Positions 20,829 through 30,166 of a stretch of DNA of 64,000 bases are shown here, one piece after another (positions within the stretch are counted from its first letter, which is position 1; the number at the start of each line of letters is the position of its first letter). A program made the position numbers and the translations under genes. Where the stretch lies: contig CABXRX010000001.1 of the NCBI GenBank assembly GCA_902514745.1, forward strand, positions 9,130-73,129. The letters run 5' to 3'. The notes under the pieces are model-generated. The model did not search any database, was not told where the DNA came from, and saw nothing but the letters and a program-made list of their open reading frames with translations. The DNA comes from an uncultured Pelagibacteraceae bacterium (lineage in GTDB: Bacteria; Pseudomonadota; Alphaproteobacteria; Pelagibacterales; Pelagibacteraceae).

Positions 20829-21048
20829 GATTTTCTTTTAAAAATTCAATATATTTTAAGACTTCCTCAAACTTTTCATCTGGAATATCTTTATAACTAG
20901 CTTTAAAATGATCCTTCACACATATAGCAACATGTGCGTAGGAATTTCTGCCTTTAGGATGGTTTGGGTGATCAGGTAGTTGGCCCACCAAATAATCGCC
21001 AGCTTCCTGAATAATTTTCCAGAGTTTACTCGCGTTTTCTTTGTTCAT
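20821..21048 (-). CDS. Small hypothetical protein (apparent island integration target)
   Basis: 75-aa ORF; its first 20 codons recur at 31342-31404 with only synonymous changes, implying selection on the protein. Confidence 0.8.
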   Translation of the reverse strand: MNKENASKLWKIIQEAGDYLVGQLPDHPNHPKGRNSYAHVAICVKDHFKASYKDIPDEKFEEVLKYIEFLKENPN

Positions 21049-21050
21049 AC
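20988..21050. repeat. 63-bp direct repeat, left copy
   Basis: CCAAATAATCGCCAGCTTCCTGAATAATTTTCCAGAGTTTACTCGCGTTTTCTTTGTTCATAC; five mismatches to 31342-31404. Confidence 0.95.
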
Positions 21051-21061
21051 AACTTCAAACT

Positions 21062-21097
21062 TGATTTATCTCAATCTGCTATAGTCTCTGATATAGT
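21062..21097. repeat. 36-bp direct repeat, left copy
   Basis: TGATTTATCTCAATCTGCTATAGTCTCTGATATAGT; 33/36 identical to 31190-31225. Confidence 0.9.
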
Positions 21098-21207
21098 ATC
21101 CCACATAAACCTATAAGTCATTTATTTATAATAAACCAGATTAAGGCAATTAATTCTAGCATTATTAAAGTTTCAGACATTTTTATAAATTGATAATTAT
21201 TTTGAAT

Positions 21208-21378
21208 TTATTTTTCATTATTCTTTTTCTGAAACCAAATGATACTTAATAAAAGCAAAACAAATAATGGATAGCCAATTATAAATATAATTATGTTTAT
21301 TAATTCGTAGGAAATTCCAAAAAATTTTGCCCACTCATTAAGTAAATTTACACACCAATAAAAAATAATATTTATCAT
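21208..21378 (-). CDS. Small membrane protein, 56 aa (below ORF-track cutoff)
   Basis: MINIIFYWCVNLLNEWAKFFGISYELINIIIFIIGYPLFVLLLLSIIWFQKKNNEK with an AAGGA RBS upstream. Confidence 0.65.
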   Translation of the reverse strand: MINIIFYWCVNLLNEWAKFFGISYELINIIIFIIGYPLFVLLLLSIIWFQKKNNEK

Positions 21379-21400
21379 AACAAAATTCCTTTTTTTAAGT

Positions 21401-21526
21401 AAATTAGGCTAGGTAGAAAGGACAAAACCCTAGCCTAATTTATGCGGTGGACAACAAACAAACAAAAAAAACCACCTTATTTAGTAACTGTTACTTATGG
21501 AGGAGAAGAAAGGAGTAACAGGCACT
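21401..21526. ncRNA. Candidate structured RNA with three consecutive hairpins
   Basis: Stems 21401-13/21429-41 (13 bp), 21446-50/21472-76 (5 bp) and 21488-95/21514-21 (8 bp), each with a long A-rich loop; strand unresolved. Confidence 0.5.
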
Positions 21527-21579
21527 TACCTAGTTAACGAAATAAAAAAAAAATATTCCAAATTTTTTTTTATTTTTTT

Positions 21580-22155
21580 TTACTTAAGATTTGATTTAAT
21601 TAGCTCTATTTTTGACTCTAATAATTCAATTTTTATTATTAGACTTTCTTTGCTTGAATTATCATCTGATATTGTGTTGATAATCTCTCTCAGGTTTTTA
21701 ATTTCTAAATTTAGCTCATCTATTTGTTGAGATACTTTAGTATTTACTAAATCATTTTCATCATTTTTAAGACCTCTAAATTGTTCAGTATCATTATTTA
21801 AGCCTAAGAATGATGTAGAATTCATTTGAAAGCCTATCGTAAACATAAAGACAGCTGCAATAGGATAAGCAATGAAATTTCTTATAGGATTTTTAAAAAT
21901 CAAATGAAAAAAACCCGTTTTCACTTTTTCTAAACTTTCATTATTTTTTGCTAAAATTTTTTGAGAATTATCATCTATGCTTGAAACATAATCTTTATAA
22001 ACATTTGATGTTAAAGATAAATCTTCAAAAACTTTTTTTGCTTCGTCATTTTCGTTTATTAACTTTTCAACATAAGCAATATTAGATGGTTCTACCTGAC
22101 CATCTACATATGACATAATCAATGCTAAATCTTTATCACTTAATTTATTGCTCAT
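21580..22155 (-). CDS. Membrane-anchored anti-sigma factor
   Basis: N-terminal 'MSYVDGQV' anti-sigma-domain-like motif, one TM helix (FIAYPIAAVFMFTIGF) and a C-terminal coiled coil; overlaps the 3' end of the sigma gene. Confidence 0.75.
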   Translation of the reverse strand: MSNKLSDKDLALIMSYVDGQVEPSNIAYVEKLINENDEAKKVFEDLSLTSNVYKDYVSSIDDNSQKILAKNNESLEKVKTGFFHLIFKNPIRNFIAYPIAAVFMFTIGFQMNSTSFLGLNNDTEQFRGLKNDENDLVNTKVSQQIDELNLEIKNLREIINTISDDNSSKESLIIKIELLESKIELIKSNLK

Positions 22156-22687
22156 CTTTAAATTTCCTTTTTATACAATCTGCCACTTTTATTCTTGCTC
22201 TAGCCAAACTACTCATGACAGTACCTTTCGGTATATCTAATCTATTAGCTATTTCATCATATTTTAAACCTTCAGAAAATAATGTTAATACAGATTTTTG
22301 CGTTACATTTTCTAAAGCCGACAAACATCCTTGAGCTATCTCTAGTTTTTTATATTTAGAAATAACTATTTCATTTTCAATCAATTTTTGTTCTGCGCTC
22401 ATAGTTCTGTATTTGATAGTTTCGTCTATATCTAACGTATCTTTATAGTCTATATTCCCAACATCCTCATTTATTGGAGTTTTTTTTCTTTTTGAGTCAA
22501 TAAATAGGTTTCTTATTACTCTATAGCTAATTTTTAAAAATTCGGTGTTATTTGCAATATTAGGGTAACTTTTAAGTATTTTTTCAATTGCTGTATGGAC
22601 CAAATCTTCTGCATCATGTTTATTACCGGACATTGCAGTTGAATATCTTATTAATTCTGGCAGGTTTTTTTCTAATAATTCTCTCAT
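22145..22687 (-). CDS. ECF RNA polymerase sigma factor
   Basis: Region 2 'DAEDLVH' and region 4 'YDEIANRLDIPKGTVMSSLARAR'. Confidence 0.92.
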   Translation of the reverse strand: MRELLEKNLPELIRYSTAMSGNKHDAEDLVHTAIEKILKSYPNIANNTEFLKISYRVIRNLFIDSKRKKTPINEDVGNIDYKDTLDIDETIKYRTMSAEQKLIENEIVISKYKKLEIAQGCLSALENVTQKSVLTLFSEGLKYDEIANRLDIPKGTVMSSLARARIKVADCIKRKFKDEQ

Positions 22688-22722
22688 GTAATAAGTCTTA
22701 TTTTGATTTAGTATATTAGTTT

Positions 22723-25700
22723 ATGAATATTGGAAAATATATCGTTTTAATTATATTTTTTTCATTTTTATCCTCAAAATCTTACACTGAAACAAAAGAT
22801 AGCACAGGTAATTTCTATCAAGAAATGACCTTACTTGATCAAATTTCAAAGAAACATAATTTAGATTTTTATAAACAAACTGAAATTATGGAGAATACTT
22901 TTGATTGTTTAAACAAAGATACAAACCACATAAAAATCATACAAGAAAGCACAAGTCTTTTAAATTTACTAGTAGATATTCTTATTAATTTTCCGGATGG
23001 ATTCAAATCGGTTGAACATATGGGTGGTAAAAGCACTTTAATTCAAAAAAGAAAAATTGTAAGAATCTTGAATAATATTTCATGGTGTTTTCAAGATTAT
23101 AAAGAATATATGCCGGGTTATATTGATCTTGTAAGAAAATCTATAAATTCAAACTATATAAATTCTGAAGTTTTATATTCAAAATCTGAAGAAAAAGTTA
23201 ATTCTCAAAGTATATGGATGAATTACAGCTGGTTTGTTGAGCAAACAGGTGAAGATATTAAAAAAAGTTGGCCTTATGATGAAAAAATTCTAAAAATTAT
23301 AAAGTCCAATCCAGAAACACAATTACATAATGTAAGAACATATATACAATTTTCTAATTATAGGTTGCAAGATAACTACACTAGAGAAAAAATACTAAAA
23401 TTAGTTAAACCAATTTTGTATTCAAAAAAAATAAACTTAAATAACAAAAATGAAAAGGAAGATTTTATACTTTTGTCAGAAGATTATTTTGCCTTTCTAA
23501 TAGCAAGTAAAAAACACAAGGAATGTGTAAAATATTATAATGATAAAATTAAAAGTATTGAATTTGGCTACGAAAAAATAATACAAAAGATAACAGCGTT
23601 CAATAATAATATTAATTGTCAAATGAATTCATTAAATTGGGACGAGTCTTTTGCTGGATATGAGGAAAAGATTAAATATTTAGATAATGCTTTATTAAAA
23701 CATAAATTTGACAAAGATATAGAGATAGAGATTTATAAACAGCTAATTGACTCACTAATTTCTGTTTCAGCTGGACACAGTATTACTGGTTTTTCACAAG
23801 AAGAGTTTGAAAAAAAAGTTGCTTATCTTGAAAGGGCTAGGAAAATAAATGAAGATTATATGAAGTCAGAAAGTTTATACAATTATTTATATTCAAACAA
23901 AACGATTATTGATCAAGATATATACAACCTAGAAATAAATAAAGCTGAAAAGAATTTAAATGAGTCATTGCTATTAGTGGAAAACTTTAGTTTTGAAGAT
24001 TATCCATATAAAAATTATAAAGATACATTTGATGACCAAAAAAGAGACTTGGAGGTTAGTTACTTAGAGTCTTTAGCGGCAATATTTGTTCAAACAAAGC
24101 GATACTCTGAGGCTATCAGTCTTTATGAGAATATAATAAGATCTTCAGAAAAAATTTTATCAACTTCATTCCAACAAAACCTAAAAATATCTCAACAAAA
24201 CACAATGGAGGCATTTAAATATAAAGATGCACATTCTCAATTATTAAGAATTTATCTACTTGTGTCAGATATAGAAAAACAAAAATTATATGTAAATAAA
24301 ATATCTGAATGGTGCAACAAAGATATAAATACATATGATTGCCTATTTTTCTTTCAACAAAAAATGGAGTACGCAAAAAAAACCAAGAATCTTGAAATAA
24401 TGAACCAAGCTTATGGGGAAATGAAAGGGTATTATGAAAAATTTTCCACCAAAAATATTTATGTGAATTTCATGACCGATACTGAGCTTTTAAAGCACAA
24501 AGTATCTCTTTATGCAGTCAAAGAGCTTGAATTTACTAGTGATCCAAAAAAAATAAATAGTAAGGAGCATTTGAATTTAAGAAACCTTCTTTGTAAGGAA
24601 TTAAAAAAATTTGAAAAAAAAAGTAATAGGATAGAAAAACATTTAGCAAAGACAGTAAAAAATAAGGATTATATCGAGAGAACTTCCTACATAAATGCTG
24701 GTTTGTATTTTATGAAACAAGGCTCTAAGTGCAATATTTCAAAATCAGATCAAAAAAAATCATTAAAGTTATTTCAACAAATAACAGAGATAGAAAAAAA
24801 TAAACTAGATATATGGATGAATTTACCATCTAATTTTTATCAATATGAAGTTAATACTGATTTAATTTCTCAGATAGGTTCTACAATAGCATATTATAAA
24901 GATGAGTTTGATACAAAAAAAAATCTTAAAGAATATGATAAATTATTAAGAGAAATATTTTCTTTAACTCAATACGGAAAAAATTTATTTATAACAAATT
25001 CAATAAAAAATTCTATAAATAACACTATAAATGAAAATGATGATTTTAAAAAATTAATTTATAAGCGAAATACAATAACCACAAAACTAGATATATTAAC
25101 TAAAGATATATTAAATTCAGTCAGTTTGTCTGATAAAAAATTTGAGGATAAAAGTAATTTAGAAAAAAAATTAAAAAATATAAATCTAAAAATTTCAAAA
25201 GAATTTCCTGAACTCAATAAAAATTTAAAAACTAAATTTTATAAAGTTGAAGATGTTCAAAATAGTTTAAATGATGGAGAGGTTTTTATTGTTTTTGATA
25301 GCTTTGATTTTATTTTTGCACATATTATTACTAAAAAAAGTTATGATGTTATTCATCAACCAACTCCGATGGACTATCTTAAAGAAAGTATATATATTTT
25401 TAGAAAATTAATTTTTTTAAGTGATAATATTGATGAAATTAAAGATGGTTTAAGTGTATTTTATAATTCAATTTTTAAGAAAATCGAAGATAAAATTGAA
25501 GATAATAAAAAAATTATAATAGTAACTGACAAATATACAGAAAATATTCCTTTTGGGATTATATATGATAAAACAAACGAAAAGTATTTATCTGAAAAAT
25601 ATTCTTTATCTTACCAACCTTCTGTTGGTTCATTCGTTGAGTTAAGAAAAAAAACTTTAAATAATAAAATTTCTTTTAAAAGTAATTTCTTAGGAATTGG

Positions 25701-26391
25701 AAATCCTTTGTTACAAAAAAAAACATTTAAAGACTATATTGTTTCCATAACCGATTTTAATATTACAAGGGGTGGAATTTTAAAAGATAGTTCGATAATT
25801 TCTGAAAAATATGAAAATTTACCATATTCAGGTAAAGAGTTAAAAAGTATTTCAAAGTTATTTTCAAACAACAAACTACTTTTATCTAAAAATGCTAACG
25901 AAAAAACTCTAAAGGAACTAGATTTAGGAGATTTTGATATAATTTCTTTTGCTACTCATGCAGCTGTATCGGGAGAACTTAGAGATGATTCTGAACCATT
26001 TTTAGTATTAACGCCACCAGAAAAGACAAGTTTTACAAATGATGGAATTCTTACTGCATCTGAAATTTCTCAGCTAAACTTGAAAGCTAAATTAGTCATA
26101 TTATCCGCATGTAATACAGCTTCAAAAGAAAATGAGTATGCACCTGGTTTTTCAGGCCTAGTAGCAGCTTTTTTTAAAGCTGGCGCAGAGAGCATTATAG
26201 CTACTCACTGGCCAGTTGCTGATAAAACAACGTCTATAATGCTTGAGGAGACTATAAATAAAACAGTCAGACAAGGAATTGACTTGGATATAGCCCTTCA
26301 ATTGACAAAAGTGGAGTTCATTCAGGGGAAATATGGAGCGAAATATCAGAACCCAAAATACTGGGCACCCTACGTGGTTATAGGTAATTAA
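22723..26391 (+). CDS. Large CHAT-domain (caspase-like) protease with helical/TPR-like N-terminus and signal peptide
   Basis: C-terminal FATHA (His) and LVILSACNTA (Cys), DGILTASEI, FFKAGA, HWPVAD and PKYWAPY motifs; N-terminal signal-like hydrophobic stretch. Confidence 0.9.
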   Translation: MNIGKYIVLIIFFSFLSSKSYTETKDSTGNFYQEMTLLDQISKKHNLDFYKQTEIMENTFDCLNKDTNHIKIIQESTSLLNLLVDILINFPDGFKSVEHMGGKSTLIQKRKIVRILNNISWCFQDYKEYMPGYIDLVRKSINSNYINSEVLYSKSEEKVNSQSIWMNYSWFVEQTGEDIKKSWPYDEKILKIIKSNPETQLHNVRTYIQFSNYRLQDNYTREKILKLVKPILYSKKINLNNKNEKEDFILLSEDYFAFLIASKKHKECVKYYNDKIKSIEFGYEKIIQKITAFNNNINCQMNSLNWDESFAGYEEKIKYLDNALLKHKFDKDIEIEIYKQLIDSLISVSAGHSITGFSQEEFEKKVAYLERARKINEDYMKSESLYNYLYSNKTIIDQDIYNLEINKAEKNLNESLLLVENFSFEDYPYKNYKDTFDDQKRDLEVSYLESLAAIFVQTKRYSEAISLYENIIRSSEKILSTSFQQNLKISQQNTMEAFKYKDAHSQLLRIYLLVSDIEKQKLYVNKISEWCNKDINTYDCLFFFQQKMEYAKKTKNLEIMNQAYGEMKGYYEKFSTKNIYVNFMTDTELLKHKVSLYAVKELEFTSDPKKINSKEHLNLRNLLCKELKKFEKKSNRIEKHLAKTVKNKDYIERTSYINAGLYFMKQGSKCNISKSDQKKSLKLFQQITEIEKNKLDIWMNLPSNFYQYEVNTDLISQIGSTIAYYKDEFDTKKNLKEYDKLLREIFSLTQYGKNLFITNSIKNSINNTINENDDFKKLIYKRNTITTKLDILTKDILNSVSLSDKKFEDKSNLEKKLKNINLKISKEFPELNKNLKTKFYKVEDVQNSLNDGEVFIVFDSFDFIFAHIITKKSYDVIHQPTPMDYLKESIYIFRKLIFLSDNIDEIKDGLSVFYNSIFKKIEDKIEDNKKIIIVTDKYTENIPFGIIYDKTNEKYLSEKYSLSYQPSVGSFVELRKKTLNNKISFKSNFLGIGNPLLQKKTFKDYIVSITDFNITRGGILKDSSIISEKYENLPYSGKELKSISKLFSNNKLLLSKNANEKTLKELDLGDFDIISFATHAAVSGELRDDSEPFLVLTPPEKTSFTNDGILTASEISQLNLKAKLVILSACNTASKENEYAPGFSGLVAAFFKAGAESIIATHWPVADKTTSIMLEETINKTVRQGIDLDIALQLTKVEFIQGKYGAKYQNPKYWAPYVVIGN

Positions 26392-26451
26392 ACACTATTT
26401 TATTTATAAAAAATTATTGGAATAAAACTTAGAGTCCTTCGTTAGTTAAGT

Positions 26452-26742
26452 ATGAGATTAATTACTAACTATCAACCAAGGAGGTTTAGTGGAAAAAGTA
26501 AGAACTGGTGTAGACGTGAGCCGGAGCAGATTAAAAATACACATAGGCCAATCTACACTAGTTCTGAAAACATCACCAACCAAGGTAGAAAAATATTTTT
26601 TAGAAGTTTTAGAAATAGAAGTCTTTGTAAATATTTTTTAAACGAAATTAATTTTAGATACAAAAGAAGATTTAAGCAATCAATTAATTTTAGAATTAAC
26701 TTAAGAGGAAACAAAATCGAGTATTACGGAGGTGGTAAATGA
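26452..26742 (+). CDS. Basic (Arg/Lys-rich) hypothetical protein
   Basis: 96-aa ORF with an ATGA overlap onto nurA. Confidence 0.5.
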   Translation: MRLITNYQPRRFSGKSKNWCRREPEQIKNTHRPIYTSSENITNQGRKIFFRSFRNRSLCKYFLNEINFRYKRRFKQSINFRINLRGNKIEYYGGGK

Positions 26743-28040
26743 ATAATATAAATCTTAAAGAAAAAAATTCTAGTTTATTTACTAATTTTGTTAAAAACGT
26801 AATTAATAATCCATCTATTGAAGTTCAAAAAAATTTCATGGACGTAAGTCTTAAAATTGCTCAAACGATAAAAAAAATATGTGAAGAAGAAAAATTAATT
26901 TTCGATGTTCCATACAATGGAAAAAAATATTGGGAACATGGTAAAAATTATCAATCATGTTTTGTTGATGGCGGTGTTTTTAGCTCAGTCGAATCTAGCT
27001 CAGCACCTTTTGCAATAAGATCCAAAAGTTACATAGTAAAACCCTCTGAAACTTTATCTAATAGAGAAAAATTTGAAGAAACAATTGCGTATATGGGAGA
27101 CTTATATGATAGTCAAAATAATATCTATGATCTTTCTGAAGACCCATACGAAGATAATCAATTACTAAATAAGAAAAAAGATGCAGCTAGAATTGTTTTT
27201 GAAATAGCATGTATAGTTAAACACATATTTGAAAAACAAAAATTTAATTATTGTCTTCTACATGGACCTTTGCAAACACCAGTAATGCCATTTTCAGGAC
27301 CAGAGTTTCCACAATTTAAAAAAAATGTAGTTCAAAATATTTTGCCTTTTTTAAATTTAAATAAAAAAGAAGAAAAATTAAATGATAGACACTTTATTAA
27401 TGTATACTTAGAGTCTCTTAAATATTTGTTAAAATCTAAATTTCCAATTTATGGAATAGTAGAAAAAACAAATTCAACTATTTATCTTAGAAATCTTTTA
27501 TTGAGATCATATAAAAAAGGCAAAATTGCTGAAAATGATTATAATAGAATGGTTTCTACTATTATTCGTTATAAGATTAATGATGGAAGCTTATTTTCTT
27601 TAATTCTTGCTGACTCTCAAGCCTTAAAGCCTCTTGAGGTTGAGAAACAAATTCCTTCTAAAGCTTGGGGTGACTGGGATGTTCAAATGAACTCTTTTCC
27701 AAAAACTTTTATAGGATATTTAAAAACCAATTCACACCAAGCTCCAATTCGTATTGAAAGTTTAAAAAAATCTGAAAATTTAATGGATGATTACAAATAT
27801 ATTTTAGCATCAAGCAAATTGTTGCCTAATTACGGTTTCCCAGCGGGTTTAGATGTGGTTGATAAAGCTGCCAAAATTCCTGCTTGGCTTGGTAGAGCTG
27901 CAAAAAGCTACTACTCAAAATATTACTTAGATTTAGCAATCGAAAGTAAGAACACTAAAAATGTAAGTTCAGCTTTAAAAATGTTGCAAGGCGGTAGAGT
28001 CTGGAAAAATAGACCTAGAGCCGGAAAGGTAAAAAAATGA
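26739..28040 (+). CDS. nurA: NurA-domain nuclease
   Basis: FVDGG, LLHGPL, GIVEK and YGFPAGLDVVDKAAKI motifs; ATGA-coupled to a HerA-like ATPase. Confidence 0.8.
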   Translation: MNNINLKEKNSSLFTNFVKNVINNPSIEVQKNFMDVSLKIAQTIKKICEEEKLIFDVPYNGKKYWEHGKNYQSCFVDGGVFSSVESSSAPFAIRSKSYIVKPSETLSNREKFEETIAYMGDLYDSQNNIYDLSEDPYEDNQLLNKKKDAARIVFEIACIVKHIFEKQKFNYCLLHGPLQTPVMPFSGPEFPQFKKNVVQNILPFLNLNKKEEKLNDRHFINVYLESLKYLLKSKFPIYGIVEKTNSTIYLRNLLLRSYKKGKIAENDYNRMVSTIIRYKINDGSLFSLILADSQALKPLEVEKQIPSKAWGDWDVQMNSFPKTFIGYLKTNSHQAPIRIESLKKSENLMDDYKYILASSKLLPNYGFPAGLDVVDKAAKIPAWLGRAAKSYYSKYYLDLAIESKNTKNVSSALKMLQGGRVWKNRPRAGKVKK

Positions 28041-29815
28041 GAAAAATAATAAGTCTTAAACCAAATTTAAATAAGTTAAAATCTAATTTAGTAGAAAACA
28101 AGATTAGTGATCCATGGACAAGTATTGGAACAATACTTGGTCAGACAAGTATAGATGATTATTCTTTTCATCTAAAAAAATTTAAAGCAAAAAAAGGTGA
28201 CATTGTTGCAGCTGAAGCTAAGCAGCCAACCGGTGATGGTAGGGTAATAGATGTAATAGTGTGGGGCAGAATCATGGAAATAATTTCATGTAATGAGTTT
28301 TTACCTAACGAAGCTGCAAAAGAATTAACTGAGGGAAATATAGATATCCAAGACACTATACTTCCTTTAACTAAAAATGACGCAATCTGTACAGTAAAGA
28401 ATTTAGGATACACAACTAACGATCCTAATAAAAAATTATCCTTAATGCCTTTAAACTATCCAGTATATCCTGGCGGTGCAGTTAAATATCCAGCATCAAA
28501 AGACCTTGAGTCGTTATTGAACACTGATATGAAAGGTAGAAATCCAATTTTTATCGGAAATTTAGTGGCACGTAAAGATGTCGATGTCCAGGTATCAGCT
28601 GACAATATGGTTTCAAGGCATGTTTTAGTAATCGGTATGACAGGTTCTGGAAAATCAGTCTGGGTAAGAAGAGCAGTAAGAGAACTAATGACAAAACAAT
28701 ATCCAATTTTGATTATTGACCCTCATGGAGATAATTTAGGAATAGTTCAAAAAGCAAAGAAACTATTTCCTGACCACAAAATAAAATTATTTTATCCAAA
28801 GATTTCAGCATCTGAAAATAATAAAGAAGTTATTTATACTTTAATTGAAAGATTAGGAAATAAATTAACTGAACCACAATATGATTTTTTGAATTGGGTT
28901 TTAACCAAAACAGATTATGAAACCGGGACAAGTTTAATTCAATACATCTCAATTTTGATACAAAAATCAAATAAGGCAGCAGAAAATAAGAGAAATAAAT
29001 CTACAAAGAGCTCAGATGGACCCGGTAATACTGGTGCATCAACTATGGGTGTTGTATCTAGAAGTTTGAGAAAAGTTTATGCAAAGCTTAATGAAATGGA
29101 GCAAAGCAATACTAGTAATAGAAATAAATATCCTCATCTAAAGTTTGAGGAATTACCAGATCCTTATTCTCAACCAGAAAAAATTATTCAAAAGTCACAG
29201 GTATCAATACTTTATTTAAAAGGTTATGAAAGCTTGCCTTCAAGCACAATTGTTTCTATTCTTTTAGAAAGTTTATTTAACCATCGATCCGCAGGAAATC
29301 GAACAATACCACCGTTTTTTACTGTTTTAGAAGAAGCTCAAAACTTCATACCATCAAAATCTGAAGGTCAAGATGGCTACCCATCAGTCTCAACGATCAA
29401 GAAAATAGCTACTGAAGGAAGAAAGTTTGGAACAGGACTCATGCTTGTATCACAAAGACCATATAGACTAGATGAAACTGTCTGTGCACAAATGAATTCT
29501 TATATCATTCTTAGACTTAAAAATGAGAGAGATCAAAGGTTTGTTAAAAACACCATGGAAAATTGGGATAATGAAGAAGCCAAACAATTACCTAATTTTG
29601 CTAACGGTCAAGGTATAGTTTCTGGTCAAATCACAAATCTACCATTAACAGTCCAAATAAAATTCGATGATGATCTTACAAATGAAGATATAGGTGATGA
29701 AAATTTCATCGCAGATGTTCAAAATTGGAAAGAAACACCAGAAAATAAGAAAAAGAGAGAATTTTCAAAAGATTTTGATGAGGTTTTTGATGTCGATAAA
29801 AGAAAACCGCACTAA
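28037..29815 (+). CDS. herA: HerA-like ATPase/helicase (HAS barrel + FtsK/HerA domain)
   Basis: Walker A GMTGSGKS, IIDPHG, Walker B VLEEAQ, EGRKFG and SQRP. Confidence 0.9.
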   Translation: MRKIISLKPNLNKLKSNLVENKISDPWTSIGTILGQTSIDDYSFHLKKFKAKKGDIVAAEAKQPTGDGRVIDVIVWGRIMEIISCNEFLPNEAAKELTEGNIDIQDTILPLTKNDAICTVKNLGYTTNDPNKKLSLMPLNYPVYPGGAVKYPASKDLESLLNTDMKGRNPIFIGNLVARKDVDVQVSADNMVSRHVLVIGMTGSGKSVWVRRAVRELMTKQYPILIIDPHGDNLGIVQKAKKLFPDHKIKLFYPKISASENNKEVIYTLIERLGNKLTEPQYDFLNWVLTKTDYETGTSLIQYISILIQKSNKAAENKRNKSTKSSDGPGNTGASTMGVVSRSLRKVYAKLNEMEQSNTSNRNKYPHLKFEELPDPYSQPEKIIQKSQVSILYLKGYESLPSSTIVSILLESLFNHRSAGNRTIPPFFTVLEEAQNFIPSKSEGQDGYPSVSTIKKIATEGRKFGTGLMLVSQRPYRLDETVCAQMNSYIILRLKNERDQRFVKNTMENWDNEEAKQLPNFANGQGIVSGQITNLPLTVQIKFDDDLTNEDIGDENFIADVQNWKETPENKKKREFSKDFDEVFDVDKRKPH

Positions 29816-29987
29816 TGAAAATATCTGTCCATATTGCTTAGGCTTAAAAAAAGTATCTATGCTTAGAGCAATAATAATTTTAGGAAAATATAGACTTGTA
29901 AAAGAGATCGAAGAACCATGTGTCTATTGTAATTTAATAAACATTGGTAAATCAGAATTTAAATTTCATAGAAAGAAGACGAATTAA
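29790..29987 (+). CDS. Small CxxC...CxxC zinc-finger-like protein
   Basis: CPYC and CVYC; ATG at 29790 preceded by a GAGGT RBS inside herA. Confidence 0.55.
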   Translation: MSIKENRTNENICPYCLGLKKVSMLRAIIILGKYRLVKEIEEPCVYCNLINIGKSEFKFHRKKTN

Positions 29988-30166
29988 TGAAAATTTTTTT
30001 TGAGGAATTTGAAATTAAAAATAGTGAACCGGATATTTGTCAATTTCTAGAGGGTATTATTAATAATGATGAAATTGACAAAGATGATAGGTGCACTTTA
30101 GAGATAGAAATTTTTTTTGGAAAAAAATATGTAACTGTAAAAGTCTTTGAAAGGATATTAAACTAA
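29987..30166 (+). CDS. Small acidic hypothetical protein, 59 aa (below ORF-track cutoff)
   Basis: MKIFFEEFEIKNSEPDICQFLEGIINNDEIDKDDRCTLEIEIFFGKKYVTVKVFERILN; TAATG overlap with the previous ORF. Confidence 0.55.
   Translation: MKIFFEEFEIKNSEPDICQFLEGIINNDEIDKDDRCTLEIEIFFGKKYVTVKVFERILN

Noticed and set aside
21497-21730. 77-aa plus-strand ORF starting in the hairpin region
   Set aside because: Mostly antisense to the anti-sigma gene, low complexity, and its start lies inside a hairpin loop.
21580-26391. Type III-E CRISPR (Craspase) locus
   Set aside because: No Cas7-11, cas1 or repeat-spacer array is visible in the window.
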